In this document: positions 28,415-42,949 of the stretch, one piece after another
Layout of the letters: every line of letters starts with the position of its first letter
How positions within the stretch are numbered: position 1 is the stretch's first letter
Assembly: GCF_006345805.1 (NCBI RefSeq)
Contig: NC_042998.1
Coordinates: 77,810,001-77,874,000, forward strand
DNA length: 64,000 bases
Source of the DNA: Octopus sinensis
Taxonomy: Eukaryota
Direction of reading: 5' to 3'
Position numbers and translations under genes: made by a program
The notes under the pieces: generated by a model
Databases searched by the model: none
The model's input: only the letters and a program-made list of their open reading frames with translations
What the model was told of the DNA's origin: nothing

Positions 28415-28600
28415 TTACAACCAGCCAGGAACAGTCTTCGCTACATTTGTGGTACCTGCCAGAGGGAGTGTTTGTCCAGGACAGGACTACACAGCCACAG
28501 CAGGAAATGTATCAGGACATGAAATGTAAAAGCCGGACTAGACTATTTTATGCGCAACTCCATTGTCTCCCGAGACAAAAAGGATGCCAATAACAACAAT
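28415..28600 (+). mobile_element. extreme 3' end of an RTE-clade LINE
   Basis: Terminal zinc-finger-like [23 protein letters not shown], short 3' UTR with TGTCTCCCGAGACA hairpin, and a CAA/TAA tail. Confidence 0.75.
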
Positions 28601-29646
28601 ATATATATATATATACGTAATCTCAATTATTCATTATCAGTAAGTGTGTCGTGGACATGAGAATTTCTGTTCACAATGTTTTTCTGCTCAAAAAGAAGGC
28701 AACATGCTAGTATCTAAAAATACCTATGAGAGGTGGACACAGAATTTTGAGTTTCCGATTAAGTAATATTTGCCTGACGCAAAACAAGAAGAACTTGGAA
28801 TCTCTTTCTTTTATAGTGAAGTCATATATTACGATTGAAACATAGGTTACATTATTTAATGTATGTTTATGAAATTCACTACTAGGGTGTGTGTGTGTGT
28901 ATGTGTGTGTATGTGTTTGTGCTTGTATGTGTCGTTGGATGCACAATAGATAAAACATATACACATGATTCCTACCAGCAATGCTTATTATTACAATGTA
29001 ATGATTATTTAATTTCAAAACTAGGAAACGTTAACCTAAGCTCTATATTTCATAAATATAATTCAAATCAATCTTCGAAATTTCCTCCGTATAGAAAATA
29101 ATATACAACGAAGGCGTCTTATATTATTTTCTGGTTTACTTCGTTTAAAAGACCTTTTAAGCTTGGAATATCATTTCCTTAATATTCCAAACTCATTTCC
29201 AACACACTTCATCATTCATTTGCACCTGCAAAGCTATAGAAGCATACTTAAGGAAAATGGATTAGAATATTTCGGTTTCTTTAAAAGTACAAATGTAGAT
29301 ACAATTTCTGAAGTGAAAGTCTTTTGTAAATGAAAGAAAACTAAAATTTTCCTTGTTATTATTTTATATATTTCTGAAGATTATTAGACTCTCAGAACTA
29401 ATTAATATAACCATATTTTATTTTATTGTTTTATTTTTGGTATTCCATTACGCATTTCTTTCATTGAAGTTTATCCTTGGAGTGTATTGTGATAATTTAT
29501 CAAGTATTTATTAATATTCATTATATTTAAAGTATTCAAGGTTATTGTACCTGCTGGGTTGGTGCTCACTACATATTTGTTCAGTAAAACAATATAGCAA
29601 TCGGCTCGTCGTCGTCTTCTTGTTCTTCTTCTTCTTCTTCTTCTTC

Positions 29647-29738
<92 letters not shown>

Positions 29739-29741
<3 letters not shown>

Positions 29742-30946
29742 TAGTTTTATTTTTATAGCGTGCTTTCACTTCACTACCGAGCGCAGCTCTGTGTGCTGTG
29801 ATTTGTTGTGATTTGTTGTGATGTTGTGATGCTCTGATGGTTATTGTATGGAAAGTGTTCTGCGTAGGATGTGTGCAGTGCCTAGTAGTGCAATTTTCTG
29901 TATGTTATATGTGTTTGTAAGTCCTGGTGTTTTTCTTATGTATTTGTCTGAATATTTTTTTATCATGCCTAATGCACCTACTATGATAGGAATTGTTTCT
30001 GTTTTCAGGTTCCACATTCTAGTTACCTCTATTTCCAGGTCTTTGTATTTTGAGAGTTTCTCCATTTCTTTTAGAGACACGTTGTCATCTGCCGGTATTG
30101 ATACATCAATTAGAAAGCATTTTTTTTCTTCATGATCTCTGACAACTATATCTGGTCTGTTGGCCTTAATTTCTCTATCTGTATGTATCGGCATATCCCA
30201 GAGTATGGTTGCTTTCTCGTTTTCTGTGACCTTTTCTGGTGTGTGCCTATACCATCTTTTTTTCTGTTGTTATTCCATAATGTTGGCATAGCTTCCAATG
30301 TATGTAGGTTCCAACTCTGTCATGTCTGTGAATATATTCCTTCTTAGCCAGGACTGGGCAGCTAGAGATAATATGATTTATTGTTTCTTGTCCATCTCCA
30401 CGTATTCTGCAGTTACTTGTAATATTTCTTTTCATTACATGTTTTTGGTAATTTCTGGTGGGGAGGCTTTGGTCTTGTGCTGCAATTAAAAATCCTTCTG
30501 TTTCTGCTTTGAGTCCTGAGCTTCTCAACCATTGCTGGGATTTTTCTTTGTCTATTTCTTTTGCGTTTAGTTTAGTGCAGTATTTACCATGAAGGGGTTT
30601 TTCTTGCCATCGTTTTATCATGGCTCGTTGCTGTTCTATTTTTAGTTTGGATTTCATTTGTTTTATAGCTTTTGTTGTTTCTTCATCATCTTCTTCTTCG
30701 TCTTTGTGTTTATTAGGTGGTATGATTTCTTGTTTGTATTTGTCAGCTTCCTTAAATACTGAGAACAGTTTTTTGTTTTGCTCGTGTTCTGCTGCTATCT
30801 GGATCAGTTTTCCTTCCTTCTGGAGTAGGTATTTTTGCAGTCCTATGGTGGTTATTTTATCGTAGTTTTCCAGCTGTATAAGGCCTCTACCACCTTCTAT
30901 ACGTTGTATATATAGTCTTTCTATGTCAGATTTTGGGTGATGCATC

Positions 30947-30948
<2 letters not shown>
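29739..30948 (-). mobile_element. Dong/R4-clade RLE retrotransposon, 5'-truncated young copy in (TAA)n
   Basis: ORFs 30247-30945 and 29841-30194 are joined by one homopolymer frameshift: GGRGL, KPLHG, ETEGFLIAAQDQ, CRI.G…HIISSC, RHD, PD..D nuclease motif. Confidence 0.93.
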
Positions 30949-30984
<36 letters not shown>

Positions 30985-31765
30985 CTCCTCTTCTCCTTCT
31001 TCTTCTTTTTCTTCTTCTTTTTCTTCTTCTTTTTCTTCTATTTCTTCTTTGACTCCTTCTTCTTCTCTTCTTCCTCCACCTCTTCTTCTTTTTCTTCTCC
31101 TTCCTCATCTTCTCCTCCCCCTCCGCCTTCTTCTTCATCCCCTCCTCCTACTTCTTCTTCCTCGCTCTTCTTCTTCATCATCTTCAAAATCATCATCATC
31201 TTCCTTTCTTCTTCTTCATCATCTTCTCCTCCTCCTTCTTCCTCGTCTTCTTCCTCCTCCAATTCTTCTTCTTCTTCTACTACCTTTTCTGCTCCACTTC
31301 TGCCTTCTTCTTCTTCATCTCCTCCTTCTCCTCCTTCTTCCTCCCTCTTCTTCTTCATCATCTTCCTTTTTTCTTCTTCTTCTTTCACTTCCTCCCCTTC
31401 ATCTTCTCCTCTTCCTCATCCTTGTTCTTCTTCTTCTTCTTCTTCTTCTTCTTCTTCTTCTTCATCATCTTCTCCTCCTCCTTCTTCCTCGTCTTCTTCC
31501 TCCTCCAATTCTTCTTCTTCTTCTACCACCTTTTCTCCTCCCCTTCTGCCTTCTTCTTCATCTCCTCCTCCTCCTTCTTCTTCCTCCCTCTTCTTCTTCA
31601 TCATCTTCCTTTTTTTCTTCTTCTTCTTCTTTCTCTTCTTCCTCCCCTTCATCTTCTCCTTTTCCTCATCCTTGTTCTTCTTCTTCTTCTTATTATTATT
31701 ATTATTATTCTTCCTCATCCTTCTCATCTTCCTCATCCTCCTCCCCTTCCTCTTTTTCTTCCTCT
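30949..31765. repeat. (TTA)n followed by ~800-bp pyrimidine-rich (CTT/CCT/CAT) array with internal higher-order duplication
   Basis: Read directly. The block at about 31205-31430 recurs at about 31450-31685. Confidence 0.9.
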
Positions 31766-33184
31766 TGGTGGGGTTGCCGGTTTAGTTACCGACGTCTCGA
31801 CGGTTTCACAACGCCACTTGTTAATCATTCTGGGTAATTCTTTACTTATTCACTTATTATACTTTCATTATTCATACTATACTCCCTATCTTATAATTTA
31901 CTCATTCACTACTATAGTTTCATAATCATTGCCGTACTTATATTATTACTATGAGGCCTAGGCACCCTAATATTGTCTCCTCTGATTTCTATAGACAACA
32001 ACTGATGGCAGATTTACGGCTGTTGGTTTAGCTACTGATGACGATGCGTTAAACAGAGGAGCGGGCTTGTGTCTACTGATACAGGCTGATTGATTGGATG
32101 CTAGTTGACATGACTAGCGGTAGATCGGAGGCGGATGTGAAGTGATTTATGAGAGGAGGGTCAACAAGTTTGAAGTAGCGTAGCTAAAATATAGAAATTT
32201 TTTAACAACAACTCAAAATTAAAAAAAAACTATAGTAGTCCATGTATAAAATACCACATCATATTTACGTTAAATGAATCTATCTATGGAAAATCACATC
32301 ATAGTTAAGATATAATAATCTATAAACATCTCAAAGTTTTAGCAAACAGAGCAAGTTATTGAAGAGGATTACACACTTTTGGAGAGAGCTTTTAAATAGC
32401 CATCTTATAGTGCAACATAAAAAACCCATGGGAAGAAAAAGAGGAAGAGCAGCAGGAGGAGGAGAGGTAGGAGAGGGGAGATGAGGAGGAAGCAGACAGG
32501 TACGCTCACCAAAATTCCAGCGTGGGGGCCAATTTATGTATAGAAATCTAGATTTTGGGGGAGGACCTAGCATAGATAAGTTATAATAATTTCAAAATTC
32601 TTTGTGGCACACTCCTATGATAGAATTTAGATGGATTTACTCTTGAATAACGAGTCACCGCCTTGCCCTCTTGCAGCCAAGAAGTTTCGAATGACCTTTC
32701 CCATTTCTAACAAGCATTTGCATGTATCCTATTGCCAGTTGCTTGTATTCTGTGTACTTCTGCAAAGACGATATTTTCTGACCTCTCCTTGAGCTTCTTG
32801 TCCGTCGTTCCTAATGTTCTAATGAAAATTGATACGACTTCAAATTGGACGTTTTACTATGGGGTATATTTATGATTAGTAATAATATAGTGTATGTGAA
32901 GGAGGCCAGAATCTGAGAACTAAGATTCTGTTAAGTATGTTGTATTTTAGTTTTGATAGAGTTTTAATAGAATCAGGCGTTTTCAAGCTGAGCAGAACTC
33001 ACAAAGAACAAGGTTTGATACTCTGGTATAACTTTAGGTTTTCCCTTTTGATACTGTCCCAAATTCGCCATTCATCACAGGTAAAGTTATTGTTCTTAGA
33101 TGCAACATTTTTGAGAGCTCTGTTTGAAGGTGCTATTATTTACATAGTACTTCAAAGAATTTAAAAAGAAATGTTGCAATCTGC

Positions 33185-33600
33185 CAGAATTGATATATCA
33201 GTGAGGAGACAGGTTTTGTCAATGTGATTTTTTTACCACAATATCTGGTCTATTGGCCCGTAGAGAACGATTAGTTTGGATACTAAAGACCCAAAGGACA
33301 GTGGTATCTTTATTTTCTACAACTGTGGCAAGCTTATTCCACCAGTCCTTCTCCTTCAAGAGTCCAGGCGCACAGCATATGAGCCAGTGCGGGCCTAGTT
33401 TATGATGACAAAGTATGTATTCATTTGAGACTACCATACACCATCCAAAGTTGAGGTGTTCAAGTGTTTTTCAAGTTGCACCACAGAAGCAACAGCCAGG
33501 GATTGCCCCATTCTTAAGAATCCTTTTGGTAGCTTCTGAATGGAAGATATTGATTCTGAGCTGTTATAATGAAGTCCTCTATTTCTAACTTAAGTCAAGA
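33185..33600 (-). mobile_element. old Dong/R4-type RLE fragment
   Basis: TVLWVFSIQTNRSLRANRPDIVVK. Confidence 0.7.
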
Positions 33601-34547
33601 TGCAGCTAACCGTTAGTCGGGTAACGTTTGCATCGGCTTGTGTAGCACTATCGGTTTGGATACTCAAATCCCAAAGAGCAGTAGCATCTTTATTTTCTAC
33701 TATTACGGTTGTCCAGACTTACGGCATTTATCCTATTTGTACTTATCTGTGCGCGCGCGCGCGCGCGTGTGTGTGTGTGTACGTGTGCTTCTAATAGGAT
33801 AGGAGCAACTATTTTAAGGAAGCTAAATATTGAGGAATCAACGTCTAGGTTTTTAACGAATGATATCGCTTACACTAGGATTTTCATTTTATCGCTTTTT
33901 ACGTTTGGAATGGCTATTTTACATATGTATTTTATTTTTGAAGGTCTGAAAAACTCTTAACGTTGTCAGAGGTTCTAAAGATACTCGTATTTACCTATAT
34001 TTAACCGGACACTGTATTATTTGCAAAGTTATGTTCTTCAATAGAATGGCATGTAACACACAGCTGAATATTACATATGATGCCAGTCGTTACTAAATGC
34101 GTGAAATGCCGTCACATAAGAGGGTCATTCTTTGAATTAAACCAAATATCGCATACAATCAACTGCAAAGCAAAATGGTTGAAATGCAATATCAAGTGGG
34201 ACTGACATTTTTACAAAATATTGATATACATGCTATAATTGATTCGTGAATTCGCGGCAAGGATTTTGTGAGCAACCTTATATTAAACTATATACGCTGT
34301 ATTGCAGAGTTATGAATATACGAAATGACATCTCGAAAAAATGTAGTAATGGATTTGTAGGAAAATATTGTAATTTCATTATTTCAAATATATATATTAC
34401 GTTCTCTTCTTTATAGTTATGAACACGTTTGGTTGAGGTGACTAGAAGCTGTAGTTTTTCGAAGATTAGAAGGTGTTAATGTTTGAGTTGTGGTAGAATC
34501 TTTGAAATATAATAATCCCATTACATTAGAAAAGATTCAAACTAGTG

Positions 34548-35598
34548 TGTGTTGTTCTCTTTCTCTAAAGGAGCCCAAGTGCTTTAAACGTTCTCAACTT
34601 TTCTTATTACATGCTATAAGCATTAATGAGGATATAGTTATTATATAACGTACTAAACATAATACGATGTACTAAAGTGGTTTCAGTCCAGGATTTTATT
34701 CTTCGGTTAACATTTTATATCAGTTCGTCTTTTCAGTTCCAGGTTTTCATTTACCATTAATTTTATTTCCATTTTACTTCTTTGATAGTGAGACAAGCCA
34801 CAACTTAAACTAAGGTTTCGGGTAGACTTTTTATCTTTTAATAATTTGCTAAATATACTCCATATAGAATAATAGAATGTGAAATGTTAAGAAAAGGCGA
34901 TTTTTCAGGGAATAAGAAATACACTTCAAAACAGACAAAGTTCATTGGAAGTTTCGAAACGGTTTAACCTGAAGCAACTGCCAGAAGAATTAAAAGAAAA
35001 TGACAGAGCCAGTATAATCTCCCGATCTTTAGTAGCTTCATTATCTTCAATAGCACTGACACATTGTGGAAACAACGGGAAAAAGCTTTACCTCTTTCCA
35101 ACTCCAATGGCACAAGAGTACCCATATAACAGCATATGCACACACATATGAATATACGTACAGAGATGTACATACATAAATACATACACACATACATACA
35201 TAGAGTTTTAATTATTCATCTACTCATTCTCTTGACCAGATGACCTGTACTTGTCGTTAACGATCTAATGGTGTTCTTTCTTAAATATCGCACGTTCGGA
35301 TGACCTCTCCTCAACCCTTCGACGTCTAGACTTCTCCCTCTATATCTACGTATTGGGCTAGCCTACTTCATCGTCTGGGGGCGTCGACACAACATATTCT
35401 CTCTGATGTAGGGTCATTTTGCAAACGCTTTGTGTTTGTTTTTCTCTTTCTCTAAAGGAGCCAAAGTGCTTTAAAAGTTATCAACTTTTCTTATTACATG
35501 CTATAAGCATTAATGAGGACATGGTTATTGTATAACGTACTAAACATAATACGTTGTACTAAAGTGGTTTCAGTGGAGTATTTTATTCTTCGGTTACC
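34548..35598. repeat. local direct duplication of ~165 bp (34548-34711 and 35433-35598)
   Basis: Both read TCTCTTTCTCTAAAGGAGCC…CATGCTATAAGCATTAATGAGGA…ATTTTATTCTTCGGTTA with scattered mismatches. Confidence 0.85.
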
Positions 35599-35768
35599 TG
35601 TGGAGTCGTCACTTACCAGCATTGCAGATATAATACTCATACCATGTAATACATTTAATATATTGTATAATTACATTTCGTCAACGATTTACTGGTAAAG
35701 TATGGATAAAGCAATTGTATTAGTATCTTGCTTACATTTCATACATACGTACAAACGCATACACGCAC

Positions 35769-36200
<432 letters not shown>

Positions 36201-36279
36201 CACATATATATATACATATGTATGTATGTATGTATGTAGTATGTATGTATGTATGTATGTATGTACGTACGTATGTATG

Positions 36280-36336
<57 letters not shown>

Positions 36337-36347
36337 TGAGAGAGTGT

Positions 36348-36380
<33 letters not shown>

Positions 36381-36449
36381 AAGGAGGAAGAGTTTTGTAA
36401 TGTAAAATTTAATTGAATCTGAACTGCTAAACTGGAAGTTCTGCCATCC

Positions 36450-37010
36450 CTCAGCAATCTGCTGTGATGGATTATACGAAAAGACGATAAATGTAGATGC
36501 GGAAAAGTTGGTACTGTGCAATGGATTAGGTAACGAATACGGGGAGAAGCAATGTGAACCTGAAAACTGTCTGCACTGCTGCTGACAATCATATGGAAAT
36601 TACCAATAGCAGCAATAAACCAAAGAAGCATGGCAGTTAACGATTTCTCATATTTGTTCGTCTCGGTCAAAATGTTTACCCAAAACCGAAAGAGAAAGCT
36701 GTGAATGACGAGAGCTGAGATAGTATCTGGGAGGTGAAAGCGTATCTAGTAGGCTGTGGACGCGTGTTTCCAATACAAAGAAAGCAAGTAGGATATGACA
36801 ATGAAGTGTGAGGAACGTAGGAGAATATCCTTGCTGAATGACCTCTTCCACATGAACAAGATATGGATGCAGCTCAAGTTAGGAAAGACAAGCACGAATA
36901 CTACAATACAGTAATAACGCTGGCTAGAGTGCCGTATACTTTCCAGTAGAAGTTGGATATGGGTTTTTATTGGAAAGAGACTGACATGGTGGCTGCTATG
37001 AAATGGGTTC
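36450..37010 (-). mobile_element. heavily decayed LINE RT C-terminal remnant (CR1/Jockey group)
   Basis: Broken motifs PNLSC.HI, LHCHI, LLDTL and HASLVYCCY in the expected order. Weak. Confidence 0.35.
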
Positions 37011-37340
37011 AAACATCGCCAAGAGATCCAGGCGAGAGTCGAGAGTCATGCGATGCCTATGGCTACAAAGAGATGGTGGAATCTGTCATATGAGGTTATT
37101 ATGAGGTTATTATCCACTTCCACTTCAAATTTTACAAAATTAATAAATACAACATCAAATTTATCTGTCCTTAATGATTACTTACTGTATCTTCCTTAAA
37201 TCCGTATATACAATAGACCGATTCCCTTTTTCCAGTCACCAGTAGACTCATACTCGGGACATATCTGGTAATACAGCAACGTTGCTGCTTTCAAAATCAG
37301 GCAATTTTCGAGCGTGGCTATTAAGCTAATCCTTTCTTAA

Positions 37341-37558
37341 CCCTTTCGAACTTAAGCCGACCATATGAAGCCTAAACATTTTATCTGTTTTATATTCAAA
37401 CTGACCAGATCTGGCATCTCACATCTACCCTACATTGTCATTCTAAAAATAAAGTCACATCTGTGAAATGTCGAAACTACAACATAATATATCATCAATT
37501 CCAAACAATGGGAATAAATAAGCATTATACTTGACAGTGTGATCTAAGTGCGAAAGGG
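37341..37558. mobile_element. piggyBac-like MITE
   Basis: TTAA at 37337-40 and 37559-62. TIR CCCTTTCGAACTTA / TAAGTGCGAAAGGG (13 of 14 match). Confidence 0.85.
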
Positions 37559-38146
37559 TTAAAACTGTCCACGCATTGGCTATAAACGTTTCTCATTGCT
37601 TAGATTGTTAGCTTTATTTCAGATCATCCGACTGCATTCTCTTCTGATAGAAATCTGTTAGCCACCCATTCTATCTACTGTTTTATATCAAAGGATTGTT
37701 TCTATACCCAGAGTCTTTCACATATATATTTATGACATAAATTGATTTTAGATTTGTGATAGCTCTGTAAGAGAAATGTGAGTCGAAGATGTAGTGTATA
37801 TGTCATTACCAAAATGAGAACAACGTCTGCGTGAGCTTATGTTTGTGAAGGTTGGCCATAGATGCTTTTAGACTTATTTCCTCTTATTCTTGTATTCCTA
37901 TGGTTGTAGATTGTATTTGGGAGAGCATTACTACATGATTCTTTCTTTATATCAAATGTGTGGGGTTGGTTTCCTGTTGTCATAAAGCCTCAGTAAATTG
38001 CCTTAATGTTGGGTTTGATCACTAGAAGTATATTTACATCAACATATTTCATCGAACCGTTGTGTTTCGATATGACATGTAGATAAAGTCTGCATATTCT
38101 CTCTTTTTCGTTCTGTTTTCGCTAGAGTTTTGCAACCATTTCAGCG

Positions 38147-38360
38147 ATGGTTGGCAGAATCGTTAGCACGCCTGGCAAAATACTTAGCAGTACTTCGCCC
38201 GTCATCACGTTCTGAGTTCAAATTCCGCTGAGGTCTACTTTAACTCTAATCCTTTGGGGTCGATTAAATGAGTAGCTGTTGAAGACTGGATTCGATGAAA
38301 TCGAATCATCTCCTTCCCCAAAATGGCAGCTCTTTTGGCAAAATTTGAAACCAATTTTAT
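38147..38360 (+). mobile_element. SINE family S1
   Basis: Similar to 95-308. Confidence 0.75.
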
Positions 38361-38368
38361 TATTATTA

Positions 38369-38570
38369 TTCAGTAGTTTTATTTTTATAACATGCTTTCA
38401 CTTCACTACGAGCGTAGCACTGTGTGCTGTGGTTTGCTGTGATGCTCTTATGCTTATTGTATTGAACGAGTTTTGCGTAGGATGTGTGCAGTGCCCAGTA
38501 GTGGAATTTTCTGTATGCTGTATATATTTGTAAGTCCTGGTGTTTTTGTAATGTATTTGACTGAATATTT
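38369..38570 (-). mobile_element. Dong/R4 extreme 3' fragment inserted in the SINE (TTA) tail
   Basis: Matches 29739-29955 (CAGTAGTTTTATTTTTATA…GTAAGTCCTGGTGTTTTTG). Confidence 0.8.
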
Positions 38571-38573
38571 ATT

Positions 38574-38624
<51 letters not shown>

Positions 38625-38653
<29 letters not shown>

Positions 38654-39445
38654 ATTTGGCTCAAAAGCAAATAGCAAGGTCATGTAGGGGGACATGGAGT
38701 TAAGTACAGGGTGGTGTTCATGTAAAGAGTTCAGGCCACTTGAGGTCCAGGGAGGCTTTGAACAAAGCGGTCGTCGGCATCTTCACCATCTCGTCTGGCA
38801 GCTTGTTCCACGGATCCGCAACCCGGACGGAGAAAGCTCCTCTCCTTCGATTGAGATGAAATCGTCGCAGGTAGAGCTTTTCGGAATGACCCCGCAGCCG
38901 ACGCTCCGGAGCAGGAGTGAAGAACAGCTCTTTCGAGAGGTTACACTTCCCGCTTATGATGTTGTGGGCGAGAATGAGATCACCACGGCGGCGGCGTTTT
39001 TCAAGAGAACAAAGGTCGAGCGTCCTCAGCCTTTCTTCGTAGGACAAATTTTTGAGACCATGAACCATGCGGGTAGCCAGCTTCTGGACTCTTTCGAGGT
39101 GCTGTATGTCTTTGAGGAGATAAGGAGAAGAGGCTTGAATCCCATACTCCAATATGGGTCTCACCAGCGTGACATAGAGTGGCAGGAATATGGCTGCTGT
39201 GAGCATTCCGAATGACCGTCGAATCAAAAACAGAATTCCGCGCGCTTTGTTGGCAGCATGGACGCACTGGGCCGAAGGCGAAAAGGAGGAATCCACCAAG
39301 ATACCCAGGTCCTTTACCTGATCGGTCCTCTCCAGCAGCAGACGACCCGGCTCGAAATCAAGTTGAGTTGCAGGAGTAGAGCCGACAGGCAGATGACAGC
39401 ACTTTGACACGTTCAGACACAGGTCCCAATCGTTAGACCACTTCC
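38625..39445 (-). mobile_element. CR1-clade LINE 3' fragment with open ORF and (CTAA)n tail
   Basis: ORF 38718-39410: KDLGILVD, LYVTLVRPILEYG, LERVQKLATRMV.GL..LSYEERL, RRRRGDLI, FSVRV…WNKLP. Confidence 0.92.
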
Positions 39446-39447
39446 AA

Positions 39448-39527
<80 letters not shown>

Positions 39528-39740
39528 AGCGGTGAGCTGGCAGAATCGTTATCATGCCTGGCAAAATGCTCTCGGCATTTCGCCGGTCGCTACCTTCTAA
39601 GTTCAAATTCCGCCGAGGTCGATCTTGCCTTTCATCGTTTCGGATCGATAAAATAAGTGGCATTTGAGTACTAGGGTCGATACGATCGACTTACCCCAAA
39701 ATTTCAGGCATTGTGCCTAGAGTAGAAAGGATTATTATTG
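39528..39740 (+). mobile_element. SINE family S1
   Basis: GCGGTGAGCTGGCAGAATCGTT…GTTCAAATTCC. Confidence 0.8.
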
Positions 39741-39888
39741 TTTTACTTCTCAGAACATTCGATCTAGTTTGCTCTGGTTGATTCTATGAGTGCAGGCAGC
39801 AGACTACTTCCAGACGCCTCACACGGTCCTTTTCCGCACATTATAGTTTTGATTCTTGATTGTTGTTGTTATTGTTATAATAATAATA

Positions 39889-39996
<108 letters not shown>

Positions 39997-40001
39997 TATT
40001 A

Positions 40002-40109
<108 letters not shown>

Positions 40110-41429
40110 GCTCATCATTATCACCATCATTATGGTCATCATTAACCTTGTTTTTCTTGTGTAACCGCGATGCGTTTCACTATTTTGGGTCAGGAATTCT
40201 TCTCTTACATTAACTTTCGTAGATCCTCAGTTTCATGTTGCCCCTCTTTGCAAATAGCATCAATGCATTTGAGATATTTTTGTCCTTCGATGGAGTGTGA
40301 AATGTCCAAAAATTTAACATCTAATATGCCCTAGTATTCAATACGATAGTAGTGTTCAGCACAGCCAGTAAAGGCTTAATCGTATTGAGTAATAAAGTCT
40401 CCATAGGTTTTCTCCTCACACCATGAACTATTTTGAACTATTTTGAATTGAGATATTGGGTTTCGTGACGAAACTAACACAAGCTCATTACTGTATGGAA
40501 ATATCCCATGAATGCCTGCCCCACGCGAAAAAAGAAAAAAAAGAAACGTTAAATGCTTTATGGAAAGTATTACCAGCTATACGATCAGTTTCTTCACGTA
40601 ACGACATTCGTACATAAATATGGACGAACCTGGTTTTCAGCCTTCTTTTTCGAAGATGATCACAAATCCATAGCTTATTTACTACAAAAAGAGAGAATCC
40701 AACTTTGCATGCGACTGATGCTTTCTTATTTGTCTCACCCATACTAAACTTCTTATACGACGGAACTACGTGTAACTTGAGTGACATTACGATTTCTGCA
40801 CCGAAATAATTTTAGCCTTTGAATTCCCTGATTTGATCACAATTTACACCTGGATAGTCCTAGAGAGGAATTACAAGGAATGAGATCAGACTGGGCAGGT
40901 TGATCAGCCTAATTACATCATCCTTGACTTCCTTGACAAATGGTAAATCGGACTAGTGTTACCTACGTGACTCACTTTGCTTTGAGGTATGAATATCACC
41001 ATTCTGCGCTTTGAAATTGGGCCACTAAGAACTGGGTGTCTAAAAATCCCTTCTTAGTATTTGTATTCAACACATGTAAATGCAGAATACTACATCACTC
41101 TCCTCCGTTCATCCCCTAATTCACAGGTTATTGCTTTAATTATGAATTTCTCAATAGTCACGTAAAATATGGCATATACTTTCTTGCCTGTAATATTTGG
41201 ATATTTGTCTTTCTTTTTTCATCAAATTTATGTTTCATATGTTTTGCGCCTGGTAATTTTGGTAATTTCTTCTAAGCCACCTTTTACTATTTATATAACT
41301 TTTCATTTCACATTTCTTACTGTTAATCAGAGTAATACTTCGTTTCTCTCATGTATATGCACACAAACGCAGTCGCATTCAAATTAATACACGTAAATAC
41401 ACACACTCACACACACAGGTATATGCATG

Positions 41430-41464
41430 AATATATATATATATATATATATATATAGATATAG

Positions 41465-41533
<69 letters not shown>

Positions 41534-41534
41534 C

Positions 41535-41624
<90 letters not shown>

Positions 41625-41630
41625 CAGATG
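41430..41630. repeat. (TA)n-(GATA)n microsatellite
   Basis: Read directly from the sequence. Confidence 0.95.
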
Positions 41631-41907
41631 ATTATAAATTTACTGTGTATTTACGTTCGTTTCTGAACAGACATGTTTAATCTAATGAAATAATAAACTG
41701 CCTTGTATATGTTTATTTACAATATTCAATAATGTTTTATCCCTTTTAAAATCCGTTCATTATTCATTTTTTTCTATTTCGGGTTGTATTACACAAGCAT
41801 ATATAAGTAAGTATACACATACCTATCCATTAATCTATATATAAACGTTTGAGTAAGCGTTTATGTGTGTATGCAAGTATATGTATGCATTTTATAGATG
41901 TACATGC

Positions 41908-41942
<35 letters not shown>

Positions 41943-41945
41943 TAG

Positions 41946-42040
<95 letters not shown>

Positions 42041-42083
42041 ATTGAAGAAATGGAGTTGAACGAAGATTGAACAGAAATCGTTT

Positions 42084-42176
42084 TATTGCATTCTACACGT
42101 GTTTCGAAAGGCACAATTTACCAAATTCCGATTGAATAATGAGACCATATTGTGTCTTTCTCTTCAGGAAGAAATA
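42084..42176 (-). ncRNA. type I hammerhead ribozyme motif (left arm)
   Basis: Reverse complement of 42654-42746. Confidence 0.8.
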
Positions 42177-42653
42177 GGAAATCCGTTGGAATAAACAAAA
42201 ACAGAACAGAGGCGGAGTAAAACAAATCGAACGAGGCTCCTAAGAACCCATGGCCAAACTGTTTATCAATGTATGTTGAAAACGGGTGGTGGGTGTGTTG
42301 AGGATTTTAACGGGTCAGGCAGCGGTCATTCCGGTGGGTGAGGGCGCGGGGTGCGTAGATGTTCTTTGTGACCGAGACTAAAGTTCTGACTATTTAAAGA
42401 ATATTAGGTGTATTATATGTATTATATGTATTTTAAATAGTCAGAACTTTAGTCTCGGTCACAAAGAACATCTACGCACCCCGCGCCCTCACCCACCGGA
42501 ATGACCGCTGCCTGACCCGTTAAAATCCTCAACCCACCCACCACCCGTTTTCAACATACATTGATAAACAGTTTGGCCATGGGCTCTTAGGAGCCTCGCT
42601 CGATTTGTTTTACTCCGCCTCTGTTCTGTTTTTGTTTATTCCAACGGATTTCC

Positions 42654-42746
42654 TATTTCTTCCTGAAGAGAAAGACACAATATGGTCTCATTATTCAATC
42701 GGAATTTGGTAAATTGTGCCTTTCGAAACACGTGTAGAATGCAATA
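42654..42746 (+). ncRNA. type I hammerhead ribozyme motif (right arm)
   Basis: UAUU..UUC-CUGAAGA-GAAAGACACAAU…AUUGUGCCUUUC-GAAA-CACGU-GUA-GAA…AAUA: long helix II, palindromic CACGUG helix III, interrupted helix I. Confidence 0.82.
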
Positions 42747-42949
42747 AAACGATTTCTGTTCAATCTTCGTTCAACTCCATTTCTTCAATTCACTAATAAT
42801 ATTAAAATTCAATTATCCGCACCAACGCACGGTTGCGGCACCATATGGTTGTACCTACAACCGTGCTGTCTTCTGCTGTGATTTTTGCTACCAAGGTATC
42901 GGTTAAACTTTTGATTAATCTGCAACAAGATTATTCATCTTTCTATTTT

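Noticed and set aside
30926-31925. Long Ser-, Leu- or Glu/Lys-rich ORFs
   Set aside because: Low-complexity triplet array that lacks stops in several frames.
40490-40790. Very decayed mariner catalytic-domain remnant; similar weak traces at about 9130-9420 and 27040-27700
   Set aside because: Only vague motif resemblance and no TIRs identified.
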